Shown here one piece after another: positions 1 through 13,986 of a stretch of 64,000 nucleotides of DNA. Position 1 is the stretch's first letter. Every line of letters begins with the position of its first letter. Position numbers and translations under genes: made by a program. This stretch comes from Lingula anatina (Eukaryota > Animalia > Brachiopoda): positions 1,031,721 to 1,095,720 of the forward strand of contig CM120648.1 in assembly GCA_051362555.1 (NCBI GenBank), written 5' to 3'. The notes below the pieces were generated by a model. That model was not told where the DNA came from. It ran no database searches and saw only the letters and a list, made by a program, of their open reading frames with translations.

Positions 1-984
1 TTAGCAGACTAATGTTTTCAGACACAGCTGAGTTTGCTGATGACATAAGTGCTTTAATTACATGAGGACGGGATGTCCCGTTTGTAAAGCCAAAATGGAG
101 ACTTGTGATAGCCGTAGTTGAGGCTGCTCAAATGCTTTCAAATGTACGGAATCATGACCATGAAGATGCTTGGTAGAATGTTAGTGGAAAAAAAGTCAGA
201 TTGTGATAGACTGTGAGCTTTTCAAATAATTTTTTTTCCGATGTGCATGGGGAATGTTATCATGAACACTTTTTAGAAGTGAATGTTCTGATTTGATTAC
301 AAAAAGAGTTCTAAGATACTGGTTTCATAGGAAGAAGGCAGTGGTACACGGCTATAAATAATGATGATTCAGATTCCAGCATCCCATCAAGTTGATGGTG
401 ACAGCCTTATTTCTGTTGAAGATTACTTTTTTAAGTCCTGCTGTCCAGCAGAGTTCCACAAGGCATTGTGAAAAGTGTATCGCAAAGAGAAAAAAAAGTG
501 CAACTACAAGTTTGACTGTTGAATGTGATAAAGATGCAGTGCTGCGCATTGCCAGCTTGATTGTATACAAAAAACAAGCTAGTGTAAATATGAACTTTCT
601 TATTAAAGGGGTGCTGAGACTTTAGTAGAAAATCGTAGCCACTTTTATGCAGAAATGCAAAGGAGAAAACATATATATATATGCATCATAGTGTTTGCAT
701 ATGTTATTTACTAGTGTGTTATTTGCCTTTTGTATAATACAAGGTCTCGTTTTTCCAAAAGTACAAACTAGGTCCAAGGCTGATCTTGGTTTTCAAACTG
801 AAGTATGAAGTCTGACAGGAGGCTGGGTGAAATTGCAGAAAAACACTGAATGATTCGAGCAAATCTTGCTTAAAGTTGTAGCCATTTTTGTTGTTCTTTT
901 GTGAAATCATCCTGGGTCTTTGCATTGCAAGTGGGAATGCTATACACTGGCTGATCAAGGGCACAAAGATTAAAAAAAATACAT

Positions 985-1023
<39 letters not shown>

Positions 1024-3605
1024 TTATTATTTTTTGCCTCATTTCACACTTGAAAATAATAAATTCAAGAAGGACAATTTCACCTTAAAATATAAGACAC
1101 AGGGATGGACAATTCACAAATTTGTCTCATTAAAAGTGTCATAAGTTTAATACTATTGGTGGGGGGGGAGGGGTTATAAACCAGATCCTCACTGTTATAT
1201 TCATTTGGGGGGCAGGTGAAGCTAAAATTTTCAGTCTTTAAGTCAAGATCAGCCTAGGAACTGATTTGGTTAAATGGGCTCATAAGCCATTCTCTTTTAT
1301 TTTATCATAGGTGCCTGTGGTATTACATAAACATATAAATATATATCCCTGTGTTTATCATTGTAAAATATATATGGAGACAACGGGCATGTCCGCAACA
1401 AGACTTAACTAAGAAGACCTGAAATGGACTAACTGACACCCCCACATAGGTCATTTAACTTAGGATTTTCATGTTAGAAGCCCAGTGGAAGACCATTTGT
1501 GATCTGGTCATCTGGTGATGTCATTTGGACTATTCCTGGTCAAAGTTTGGTCGGGTTGTGAAAATGGCAGTAGTTGAAACAGATATCGCAGTTTGATAGT
1601 CACATAACTTCATGTGGGTAAAGATTATAAGCATTCTTGTATGAATACATGTGCATGAAGTACACAAAGTTGGAGTTTTACAGACCTTGTATTTGTATCA
1701 TTTTGTTAGCAAAGCAGCTTTAAACAAAAAAAAAAAATCAAAATTCCCTTTGTTGAAATGACCACAGGGTTAGAAGTATTTGTGAAAACAGTTCCGTGTG
1801 TGATATCAAAGTCGCATAATTCATTTTATTCTCCTTATATCAGTTTCTCTAATTCTCTTTCACCAGTTCTTCTCTCACCTATAAATTTCACAGAACTTTA
1901 TTCCAAACACTGGTTAAATTCATATAGTAATATAATTATTTTGAAATAGAATGGTGAAGAGGTCATTGGTACCTAACATGCTCATAGGAGAGTCCAACAG
2001 TGCTCTGAAATTTATGCTGGTTCTTTGGTCCGGATGATAATCACGTTGTATTAATTGGAAGTCATTTGTTATTGTCAGATCCAAGAAAGAAAAATGTACA
2101 ACTGAGAATGGGATTTCTTTTTGTGACGACTGTTTTTGCCTATTGTTATCCATTGCCTTATTTCTGTTGCTATTGCTCATGTAGTTGTGACAAAAAGTTG
2201 CAAACAACAACAGGCTTGCTCAATTATGTGTATTCGGGAATGGCATGAGAAATGTCGTCATTTGTTAAGATCTGTTTTATGAACATTAAGAACAATTGTT
2301 GACTGGAAAAACAAATTAAGTTGGGAATTTATGGTAAATTTGTGTAAAATCGTTAAAAATATTTGTGCAAATTTCCTGTTTTGATTCATTTCCTAAAATT
2401 TGTTTTAGATACAAAGGTAATACTATTGTACAGAGGTATATCTTTTATTATTTATTTGTTGGTTCATTTCTTTGCTTATTTTGAAAAAAATCAAAATGTA
2501 CGTTTTGAACATGAGTTGTACTTGTACTCGTTTCTAATGCAATGTACATTGTAGCTTGAAATAAAGTCTTCAGTACTTGTTTAAGGATCAAAAAGGAAGG
2601 CTTCATTTTCAACAAGTAAAAGCACAACTTTCTTTTACAAAATAATTATAATATTTGAAAAGTGAGAAAACACTCTGAGGACAGCGTTTCTCCTACAGAC
2701 AGCTATTAGTAAAAAAGCTTCAATCTTTTTTGTCTATTTTTAGTTTTAAGTTTGAGAAATGAAGATTTTCTTATAAAAACTGAACATGTTAGTACAAAAT
2801 GATACATACTTTTTTTGGACGAGTGCAGAATAATTTTGATCATTTATCTGATGAAAAAATGCAGACAGTATTTTTCTCAGATTTTTCATGAGAGAATTGT
2901 GCTTAGTTTGAGTGATGGAGCAAGAAATTGGGGAAACTGTTAGCACTCACCAGATTCCAACCAAATAGACAGAAAATATATTAAAAATTATTCTTTGTTG
3001 GTACAATCTGACTCTTGTCCAATCTCGTTATTTTTGTGACTACTTTGAAGTGATATATCTTAATAAGATAGATGGAAGAGATGTGTTTGAAATTTTAAGA
3101 GTAATATCCAAAGCCATGTTTGTTAAAGCTTCGGAGTGCTGTAGGCCACTGTGTAAGCTTTTTGATAAATAAAAGATTGAATTTAATGTGTCATCTGCGA
3201 TTTATTAAGCACGAAAATTCTGATATATAATGGCTATGCTAGCATGAATTTTTCGTGCTACAATTTATTGTAATTTCTAAAGATAAAAAGTTTATAAAAT
3301 CTATTCCATTCCAATTCTATAAAATGTATTTTTATTTGTCATCAGCAGTGAAATTTTCATTCCTGATGGTCACGGTTTGAATGACATCTGGTGAAAGGCA
3401 CGTTCAGACTTGAGATGAACCTGCTCTTATTAATATCTCCTTTGCATGTGATGCAGTTAAAGCACACCCTTTGGGAGAAAAACTATACAAGATATTAGAG
3501 CGCCAATGAAGAGGACATATTTCAAGGCCTCAGACAACTCGATTATTGGCAAATCTTTGAAGCTGAACGCATATTATGCATCTATTGTGAAGCTGTGAAA
3601 ATGCA

Positions 3606-3705
3606 GCACAATTGATATCAATCTCACCTACCACAATTCATATCAGTCTCACCTATCACAATTTATATCAATCTCACCTACCAGAATTTGTACTAAATCA
3701 CACCT
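3606..3705. repeat. 26-bp tandem repeat (~4 copies)
   Basis: CACAATT.ATATCAATCTCACCTAC repeated; about two copies at the paralogous site ~14642-14686. Confidence 0.7.
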
Positions 3706-4233
3706 GTAGAGAAAAATGGTGCGTTTAGGACTTTTCAAATAGCAAAACGAAAAAGCACATTTCCCTTTGCCAGTAAGGTTTACCCTTTCCTAACCTTTAT
3801 ACTGAATCTTATTTTCGCTATGCACGCTCGCGAGTGAAATCTACATTTTATCTCCATTACGGAACGGTGGAACGGATTTTAAGGTCTGAATTGGGAATGA
3901 TTTGTAGCCTTGAAGGATATGTAGACAATATGACTTGGAAATTTTCCAGTGCATTTTTCAATCAATAGTCAGTTGTCCAGTGCTTTTGCCCAGGTATTGT
4001 TGGTTATATATCTTTTTTTTTTTTTTTTTTTTTTTCAGTTCTTTTTCATTCCCAGATTAGTGTTTGTTGGGTAATGTGATCCAGGTTAAACACACACTGT
4101 ACTTGGGATTGATTATGATGATTTTATATTTTTTCACACCAATTCCTGCAACTGGTAGATAAGACCATTCAATTATTGTTTTTGTTGTTGTTGATGATCA
4201 ATGACAAAAAATAGTTCATTGGTTCATTCAAGT

Positions 4234-4239
4234 TTTATT
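4234..4239 (-). terminator. Candidate polyadenylation signal of GPCR copy A (AATAAA; ATTAAA at the paralogous 15607-15612)
   Basis: Hexamer is kept as a valid signal in both duplicates, downstream of the stop codons. Confidence 0.4.
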
Positions 4240-4440
4240 TACATTTAAAATTCATTCAAGAGTAAATGTTTCACAACTATATCAATGTGAACTTACAGGT
4301 ACCATTACAACTATTACAATACAATAGAGGTCGCTGTATATGACCAACACACGATAATGTACACTGGTAATACAGTTTTACTCATAGGTAGTCTCATTTC
4401 ATCAGAAATACAGTCTTGCCATGATATATGTAGGCTTGCA

Positions 4441-5120
4441 ATAAGCCACTGAACTTCACATACAGTTTAAAAAACATATGATGCACATTGAACTTCACAT
4501 ACAGTTCCATACAACATTTAATGCACACTGAACTTTACTTACTGTTCCATACAACATATAATGCACATTGAACTTTACTTACTGTTCCATATAACATATA
4601 ATGCACATTGAACTTTACTTACTGTTCCATACAACATGTAATGCACATTGAACTTTACATACAGTTCCATACAACATATAATGCACATTGAACTTTACTT
4701 ACTGGTTCATACAACATATAATGCACATTGAACTTTACATACAGTCCCATACAACATATAATGCACATTGAACTTTACATACAGTCCCATACAACATATA
4801 ATGCACATTGAACTTTACTTACTGGTCCATACAACATATAATGCACATTGAACTTTACATACAGTTCCATACAACATATAATGCACATTGAACTTTACAT
4901 ACAGTTCCATACAACATATAATGCACATTGAACTTTACTTACTGGTCCATACAACATATAATGCACATTGAACTTTACATACAGTTCCATACAACATGTA
5001 ATGCACATTGAACTTTACTTACTGGTTCATACAACATATAATGCACATTGAACTTTACATACAGTCCCATACAACATATAATGCACATTGAACTTTACAT
5101 ACAGTCCCATACAACATATA
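4441..5120. repeat. 40-bp minisatellite, ~17 copies
   Basis: Unit ATGCACATTGAACTTTAC(A/T)TAC(A/T)GTTCCATACAACATATA recurs with 40-nt period from 4481 to 5120, plus a diverged first unit. Confidence 0.95.
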
Positions 5121-5789
5121 ATCCACAATGCCTCCTGATACATGTAGATGTTACCGCGTTGTAAATACGGGGCCACGACAAAATTGAAAAACAATACAAA
5201 ATTGACCATCTTTTCCATGTACAAACCAAAAAAGCAGACTGTTTTCTAAAAAAAAAAATCTAGTAAAACATTTCACATGCATGCTTTTACAGATATTTCC
5301 TGAATCAAACTATATACGTACAGTTCAAGTTTCAAATCCATAGCTCATGTGTCATGTTGTTCTGCAACTGACAAACTAATCCATGTTGAATTCTAAACAT
5401 AAACCAAATAAACTATAGGCCTACTGTGTCTAAAGGGATCCGAAAAGTTAATTCTGCCCTTAATACTCCAAACCTTGCCTCAACATTTCCCCCAAATTGG
5501 AAACATTTAAGTGTCCCGCACGAAAACGAAGTAGATACTCCAGCGCAGTAGACTACTGCAATCATACTGCAAACATGCTTCAAATCTGCTTCGATTGGGG
5601 AGCTAATTAGCATATTTGAAACATGCTTCTATCATGCTGCTAATCTACTGCATTAATGCTCCTCCTCTGTACAACCCTATGTGATTTGTGAAGTAGAATT
5701 GCAGTAGGCTATACTGCATTTCTACTGCAAATATGCTCCACACCACTACTGCGTTACAACAAACTAACAAAGTGCGGGAGTAAAGATGA

Positions 5790-8700
5790 TTACACCTCGG
5801 TTTCTTTGTCTGCAGGTACTTGTTCTTGTTTACTATGCCTGATTACAGGAGTATAGCTTGTCGTTGTTTTTTCTTTCTTACCACATAGCTTAACGTTGGC
5901 AATTGTGTACAAATAGGGGTTGATGGCGGAATTCAACGGCATCACGAACACGGCTACCCAGCTTGACACTTGCGGTGGAATTGGCACGTTGGCCATACTT
6001 AGAAACCCTAACAATACCACCGGCCCCCAGCATACAAGATCTGTTAGTAAAATAATGGACACTTTTTTCAAAAGAGTTAGTTCATCAAAACTCTCACGTC
6101 CAGATTGCTGTTGAGTCTTAAAGACGCTTTTTATTATGCATATATATGCCCCTGTCACGTAGACAAAAGAGAAAAGAGAGGTAAATAAAAACATGGCGTA
6201 CGCGTACTCGCGACCACCAAAGTATACTCTGCTTATAGTAAAGGGTATACATACGGAATTATGACCATAGAATTTCTCAAAATATCCATTTTCGAAACAA
6301 GGAATGATACTTGCGATAAAGCAAAAGACCCACCCAACTGTCACTAAAACGGACGCTCTTTTCATTCCAATTTTTCGAAACGACATGCAGAACACAATGG
6401 CTATCATTCTGTCCGTAGTAATCAAAACTAATATCAGCATAGACATCAACGTTGAAAGCATGGTAAAGAAACCCGCAGTCTTGCATAACACACTATCTGT
6501 CCAGACCTCGGCATGAACAAAATACTCCCCACGGTAGAGGGTGTCAACCGAGGCGATAATGATCAAATATACACCCATTAGGAAATCAGAAACTGAGAGG
6601 TTAACTATGAAAAATATTGGAGGGGTCATTTTGTTTTCACGCAGTCTGTTCACGAAAACAAAAAGGTTTCCAACCAAACTAAGGATTCCCATAACCCAGA
6701 CAGAGACTTGTAAGAACTTATCGTACAGCAGATCAGAGCATGAGGAAAATTCGTCAGGTTTAGGTAAACATTCGTCTACTTTCCCAACTGCGAGACAGCA
6801 TATTCCAAACCTGTCTGTTTTTAATGTTTTAGCTGAAAAATTTACAAAAACTTCAGTTTCGACAAAGATGCCCTCATTCCCAGACATATCAACTGTATCC
6901 AATTTGGACAAACCATGAAAAGCACCATCCTTTATCGTGGATATTTTGTTGAAACTAATATTCAGATTTTTTAACGAGTCTAAGCCTTTAAATGTATGTG
7001 CATGAATGGTCTTAATATGAAGCTTACTAAGGTCTAAAGCACTTAAGATTGAAACACCATCAAATGTGCCGGGGGAAATTTTAGATAATGGGTTTCCACT
7101 TAGCAACAAGGTTTTCAAATTAAACAAACCATTGAAGGCACTTGCCTGGAGAGAGGACAATTTGTTACCCCGTAGGTCCATCTCTAACAGGTTATTGAAA
7201 TAAATAAACGCCATGATAGGAATAGTACTGATTTCGTTTGAACTGACATTAAGTTTTACAAGAAAATGATGCTTTGCAAACGTTTCGTTTGTTAAATGAA
7301 GTTTGTTGTCCCCAAAGGCAAGGCCTCTGGTGAATGGCGATATATTCGGTACCTTGGATGCATTTCCTCCCGTGCAGTCTACGTAATACCTATTACAGAT
7401 ACAGTTCATGGGGCATGTCTTTATGTCACAGAACCTTTCGTCGTCATCAGAAAATTTGCAGTTGACCACACCATTGCATACCTCGCTCTGGTGCAGACAT
7501 TGTCGTTCTCCTTTACACCTGAAACCACCGGGACATGTGTAATTAGCACAACCATACTCGTCCTCTCCTCTTGGACAGTCTTTTTCCCCGTCGCAAACTT
7601 GTCGAAGTGGGACACAATACGAGCCAGGACACTTGTACATGTGTGGACACTGAAAGCTAACGCAGTTTTGTAAATGTTCAAATCCTCTGCATGTTTGAAA
7701 TCGTTCGTGCTTGATTTTGTCGTGAATGCATGCCAGCTGGCGATCAATACACCGAACGTGTTCGGGTGTGCATCTCATTTCATTAGTCTTCGAACAATAA
7801 GGCAGAATTACATCTAGTAACCAAACACCAGGTTCACAATTTGAGGACCCGTGCTTAATAACTGGAATCATTGAAAGTAACTCATCCTCTTGTGTCACAC
7901 CAAGGCAATCTGGATAGCGATCGTCCACATTTTCAGGTGTTAAACATTTACCAGAATAACATTTTTACAAGGGCACAAAATTTGGGGAATTTCGTCAGAT
8001 CCATCTGAACAGTCTTCAAAGAAGTTGCACTTGTCTTTTTCGTCGATGCATTCCCCATTCTGGCATCTGTACTGCCCTGTTTTACACGGCGGATAAATAC
8101 AAAAATTCTCGTCATCGGTTCCATTAGGACAGTCCTTGACATGATTACATACTTTACTAATTGGGATACATGTGCCATCAGAACAACTGAAAGTGTGTTG
8201 TCCACACGTACAATTCTTCTCATCTTCTCCTTCAGCGCAGTCCGAGGTCCCATCACACACATTAACACTAGATATACAACTGCCATCTTCACATCCAAAC
8301 TGGTGCTGTGAACAGTTGAAAAAGTTGCGTTTCGAAGCTATCTCACAAAGAGCCAAGAGCGACTCACGGTGGTCAAGATGTTGGCATAGTCCTTCCATAT
8401 CATCTATTAACGAATGGTTAGCATATATAAGCCTTCTGCATATGTTTTCTGGGGACTTCACCCACACAGCTAAGATATTTGAGAGTGTTCTTGATTTTTT
8501 TTATCCAAACTTCCTGGAGATATCCAAGTGAGTTCTTTGCCCCAAATACCGATGTATTGAAGAATATCTCGGTCCTTGTTTAAAGTGCTGTTAAAGGGGG
8601 CTAAATCTCCACCCAGGGACCTGCATGCCTCCACAGCTGCGCTATAGGTGAGGTTGGTGCCTTGTGGCAAGGACCAATAATATGGGTGATAAAAGGACAC

Positions 8701-10688
8701 ATATTTAGTTCGGTGATCAACTTTTTGTACGGCTTCAATCTGGGCAAGGACGTGCAGAAGCACACAGCGTCCTGCTATATACACCCAACCCTCTGGACAG
8801 TAGGTTTCATGGTGCGTATACCATTGGGATGTTGGGGCCTTCACCAGCAATGATTTGGAAACGGCTGTAGTTGGATTCTTTTTTGACGCCAGGGCTGCGG
8901 GTTTTTTACAGATGGCGGTCATACAGCAGATTGGTTGGTGACACGGGACTTTGGCCCAGTTCCCCCAGCGTGTTTTTCCGTGAAGTACAGATGGTAGCCA
9001 AGCCATCATAATACCACAGTCGCGCTCGTCGCCTCGGACCGGTTGCAGAACTTCTTCCGTGACAACAATTGTTTTCAGATATCCAGGAATCTCCCATGAA
9101 TTGAATCCATAAGTTTTTGGGCCGTACCATTCACTGTATACAAATGCTCCCCCATCCGTCCAGTTGTAGTGCTGTAAGATGATATAGATAGGATTCAATG
9201 GGAAGTGTAGAGAGGAGCGATGTGCTGCAACCATCACATTGAAGGAGCACACTCACACAAACATACACAATTTATATGTCAAAGACTCTATCTTTTTAAT
9301 TTGGAAAAATTATTAATCTTCCAGTTACATAATTTTAGAATCATTTAATTTATTTCTGTGAAGCCTTTACTGTACAAAGGAACTATTTATAAAGGAACTA
9401 CCTTATAAGGTAGCCTGCTTTTCACCTTTTTTTCTACCAGTCAATAGGAATGTTCTACATTAACAAGTTGAGTTTAAAAATACAGTAGAAACAGAATATT
9501 GTTAGAAGCCACAACTGTGAAAATTATGTAATTTTATACACAAGATTTGCAGTGAAGTCATTGGTGTTCAAAAATTAAAATTTTTAAAAAGCTTACCTGA
9601 TCCGTGGATTTTAGTCCTATGTAGACTGCGCTCTGTACGATGTAATAACAATTCTCATCTAGTATGGGTATATCTCCTCTGCTATGCAGACTTCTGCCCA
9701 AAAAGCGAGCTTCACGCCGTGTCTGTATGCTAACAAGATGTCCTGAATCTCTCTCACACTCTGTCTCAGCTTCGGACCACGTGACTAATCTATATTGCCT
9801 AAATCGATAACAATTCCCCTCAAAAAGGCTGTATCCTGGTTGGCATGAAAATGGTTCCACCTTTTTACGGGAAACAGCTTTGTACTCAGCACGCACGTTG
9901 TATTGTAGTGGACCGTCACACGGTATCCATTCGATGCTCATTTGGTCATAATTTCCTTGAAGGGGTCTATACCACTTAGAACTATTCAAGTAATACGTAT
10001 GAAATTTTACCTCATTGTATTCTGTCACGTCATAAAAAGTAAGAGTTCCACAAAGGACGTTAAGGTCTTTTGCAAGTGTTATTTGCAAGATGTGATCAGC
10101 AGGAGCGGTCAAATAAAACTTACACCCTGCTGTCAAATTACCGCGGTTGATTCTGATCCAACCTGACTGAAAATAATGAGCATGTGTGCACGGCATTTTG
10201 CGATCTTCATAATCCTCCACCACATCTATTTCAGCATCCAACCCTGTGGCACTGACATCTAGATCACTACTAAATATAACCTCAACGGAACCAAAAAAGT
10301 ACAGTTGAACATTTAGAATACTGGGTTCGGAAAATGTATATGAGCCACACACTGCTCCCCATAACATTCGTATATCTTCATTTAAGAAGTGTCTTTTTTT
10401 GCGAGAAATAATTACCACGTAATCTTTGTCGCATCCCCCAGAAAGTTCTAGGTCAAATTTAGTGAAACGAATGCTAGCCAACATATATGATGGCACCTCG
10501 ATCTTTTCAGTCAAAGTTACCTCATTTGGATAGGTAGATCCTTCTTGTGGTACAACAAATCGTATGCCACATACTGGTTGGTCGCCAAGTATAGCGAATG
10601 CTAGGAGGAAGTGGAAGTAAAAGTGTCTGTTTAGTGTCCATCTGTCCATTGCCTGACCATCTCTAGCTGACGATGTATGTCCTAACAT
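5790..10688 (-). pseudogene. GRL101-like GPCR copy A; two -1 frameshifts (recent pseudogene or assembly error)
   Basis: Exon 1 10688-9597 (donor CAG|GTAAGC), intron 9596-9172, exon 2 9171-5790. Colinear with copy B but split into three ORFs by 1-nt deficits at the T8 run 8495-8502 and the T5 run 7962-7966. No other in-frame stops were seen. Confidence 0.8.
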
Positions 10689-11482
10689 TGTGTGGAATGA
10701 AGGGTTTTCTATTAATCCTCAACGAAAACTCTAACCCATGAGTGTACATGTGCGTGTGTTTTGTCTACCCTACTGGAACTAATACCAATAAATTGAGTCA
10801 AATGATATTTAACGCACTGTACTACAGAAGATTATCATTATATATTGTTTTTTGCCTACAAGATAAAAGCCGCATTTATAAATAATTCATACATGAAATT
10901 ACCACGTTTATTTTTGTGAAGATCAAAGCCATCTGTAAGTGAATGCTCTAGTAGGACCGCAAGATCGATCAACTTCTCTTGCCCCGTGCAATATAGTTTG
11001 TTATATCCCGTTTCCAGCTTAAATACAGGTATATGCCATGGTCATTTTGCGACATACGTGTGAATAATTGATTCAAACAAATGATATACTGCAGAAAACT
11101 GTGAAGTCTTGATATTTGTGCAGGAAAAAAAGCACAACATGTACGTGTATGGTTTAATTTTTATTCACAATGCAACTTCATTGTACATTATTATTATTAT
11201 TTTCTTTTTTTAGGGGTGAACTGGGTGAATGAGGCGTTACCTCTGAAACAAAAGGGATGGTGGCACGTGCCAGATGCCCCCCTTGGGTCTGCCATAGATA
11301 CATAGGCATTTGATGCTAAAGTTGTTGCAACAGAACGACAATGACACATTGAACCAAATGAGTATTTGTGAGAATCGAACAGAGCGTGAATATGTACGAT
11401 ACTGGAAACAACATTGGAACATCAGCATCAAAATTTGAACATGGCGCCAACCTTGTGAGCACGCTATCCGCTTAGAATTTTG

Positions 11483-11791
11483 CATCGTATTTTGCTTTAC
11501 ATTCATAAATTTTGGAAAATGTAACATTAAATACATACAGACATTATCAGGAAAGAAGGCACTTAACTTCACTGCGATCCTGAAGCGGCGGTTAAACAGC
11601 GACGACATGAAATCGTCTCTTGTGTGCACGATCTCCGTTGATAATACACATCGTATTTTGCTTCATGTTCATAAAATTTGGAAAATGTGACACTAAACTC
11701 ATATACAAATTATCGGGGAAGAGTACACTTAGGCGTGTGAAAGCACGCTGCGATCTTGAATCGGCGGTTAAACAGCGATGACATGATATCG
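11483..11791. repeat. ~166-bp tandem duplication upstream of GPCR copy A
   Basis: CATCGTATTTTGCTT...TTTGGAAAATGT...GGCGGTTAAACAGCGA.GACATGA occurs twice. Confidence 0.75.
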
Positions 11792-12130
11792 CTTTTTCAT
11801 AAGTTTCATGTACACGCGAAAAAAGTGAGGACCGGGCATAGCTAATATAATTTGTCTAATTTAATATTCATGTAACCGGGTCATAACGTCATCAATGAAA
11901 ATATCCACTATTTACGTTAAGTACCTGGGCCGAATCTGAATGGGAAAAAGAAACTACACGCTAGCTGTGGTTTCGTTGTCGTGCGAGTCTGGAGGAAACG
12001 AAACAGGATTGGGTCATAACATCTGTGAATACATGCTCAGATGACTGGATTTCCTTACACATTTTTGTTTTTTGAAAAGCATGGTGATATTCAGATATTC
12101 AAACCCCGAAATGGAACGATTTATACAGTT

Positions 12131-12134
<4 letters not shown>

Positions 12135-12194
<60 letters not shown>
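12135..12194. repeat. (TA)n microsatellite
   Basis: Direct reading. Confidence 0.95.
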
Positions 12195-12198
<4 letters not shown>

Positions 12199-12974
12199 GC
12201 CTATCTGGTATTATCTTATCATCGATAAGTAATGTTCTTTTTTCAATTGCTTTTAACAAATTGCATATTTCCCCACAGGATATTAGCAAATGTAGCGTCA
12301 CTTTGTCAATAATGTACAGGCCTCAAAAAGGATTATTGTCGTATGCTATTTTAACAAATTGCTTATGTTCCCACAAGGTATTAGCAAATGTAGAGTCACT
12401 TTTTCAATAATGTGCAGGCCTCATAAACGATAATTGTCGTATGCTACCACGAGCAGTAGATTTGGGAGCTCGAATTCCCAAATTAATTACTCATGCCACG
12501 ATAAATATATAGACGTAAAATTAGAAGATAGGAATACTGGGTCAGAGCGGTTCGCGTGTCGTAACGCCGTTCTTTTGACTACTTATTTTTCTTTCCAAAG
12601 TTCGGGTACCCTATTTCGTGGCTCGAGTCTATAATTTTGGTATTTTTGGCATGAATCTTAGGTTTGACTTCGCCAACGCCTATAAAGCCTCATGTATAGC
12701 ATCCATTTAATAGCAATATGGGGGTGGGGTTGGGGATGGGACTTAGATTATAACATCTGATTTGCTCGTTTGTTCGTTAGTTAGTTAGTTTGTTTGTTTG
12801 TTTGTTTGTTTGTTTGTTTTGTGAGATTTTTGTGCTGTGAAGAGATACCTGAAATATTAACAGAGGGAAAGGCCATTGCCTTTTATTAAAGTTTTTTTTT
12901 TTAATTTTGGGTGATGCCTCATCACTTCTTTCAGCTTGCCCAGTTATATCCAGATCCAGTGTTGATTGGCTTCT

Positions 12975-13986
12975 ATGTGACACTCAGCTTTACACATCCT
13001 TTACACATTAGAAACCCTGAATCATTAATTACTAAAATAGCCAACTGTATTTCTGATTTAAGGGGGTGGATGATCAGAAACAAACTCAAGATCAACGACG
13101 AGAAAACTGAATTCCTAGTAATATCTCAACCACACAATAAGAACATTGCCGGCAGTCTTAGCATGTCAATAGGTGCCAGCGTGGTACAAGTCTCATTATT
13201 TTGACAGTACATTGTCCATGAACAGGCAAATTTCTAACGTATCTAAAACATGTATGTTCAATATTAGAAACATTGGTTCCTTACGAAAACATTTAACCGA
13301 CTCTACTACAGCAACAGTTATACATGCCCTGGTTACATCAAGATTTGATTTCTGCAACTCCCTTCTTTATGGATCTTCAGAGGAACAAATCAAACGGCTA
13401 CAGCGTGTACAGAATATATCTGCTTGCCTACTGACCCGCACTCCAAAAGACAACCACATTACTCCTGTTTTAATGATGTTGCACTGGCTCCCTGTCCGAG
13501 CACGCATTTTATTCAAACTTTTAACATTTGCACATGCAGCATTTTATAAACTTGCACCTTCTTATTTAAATGAGCTTGTTTTACACTACGTGTCATCAAG
13601 AAATCTCAGATCAGGTGATCACCTTCTTCTTAAGGCTTATAAGGCAAGATTAGTATCATACGGTGATCAAGCTTTTAAATTTGCAGCACCAAAAGAATGA
13701 AATATTTTACTCATCAGTCTTAGACAAAAACCCACCTTTTTAAACAATATTATCTTTAAATTCTTGAAAAAACACTTCTTAAGAAAAACTGTTCTTAGTC
13801 ATAGCTTTAAATTTCCCCTTTTTATCCATTTTATATATCCTAATATTTTTCTATAATCATTTTCCTTTTCTTCATCTTATAACCATTAGCAATATTTTTC
13901 TTTTAATTTGAATTTTATAATTTTTGTAAAGTCTACTGAACACATGTTGGATTTTAGACTATAAATAAATATTATTATTATTATTA
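12975..13986 (+). mobile_element. 5'-truncated, degenerate non-LTR retrotransposon (L2/CR1-group LINE), ORF2 C-terminal part
   Basis: Begins near the RT motif remnant (DTQLY); WMIRNKLKINDEKTEFL, HALVTSRFDFCNSLLYG, LQRVQN, HITPVLMMLHWLPVRARILFKLL and APSYL are typical L2/CR1 ORF2 motifs; frameshifted; ends in ATAAATAAAT plus a (TTA)n tail. Confidence 0.88.

Larger units (their letters stand above)
3185..12760. repeat. Segmental duplication unit A (contains GPCR copy A)
   Basis: Colinear non-coding matches to unit B from 'aatgtgtcatctgcgatttatt' (~3186 vs ~14143) to 'tttgacttcgccaacg...acatctgat' (~12665-12760 vs ~25060-25155). Boundaries are approximate. Confidence 0.85.

Noticed and set aside
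1-2570. Coding exons at the window start
   Set aside because: No convincing protein similarity; AT-rich sequence ending in AATAAA (2560-2565) may be the 3'UTR of an upstream gene, but this cannot be supported from the window.
4441-5120. Regular 40-bp repeats as a CRISPR-like array
   Set aside because: Units are head-to-tail with no unique spacers, there are no cas genes, and the context is eukaryotic; it is a minisatellite.
7962-8502. Programmed double -1 ribosomal frameshifting as the normal expression mode of copy A
   Set aside because: Only the first site fits XXXYYYZ, no stimulatory structure was identified, and two sequential shifts would be needed; error or slippage is simpler.
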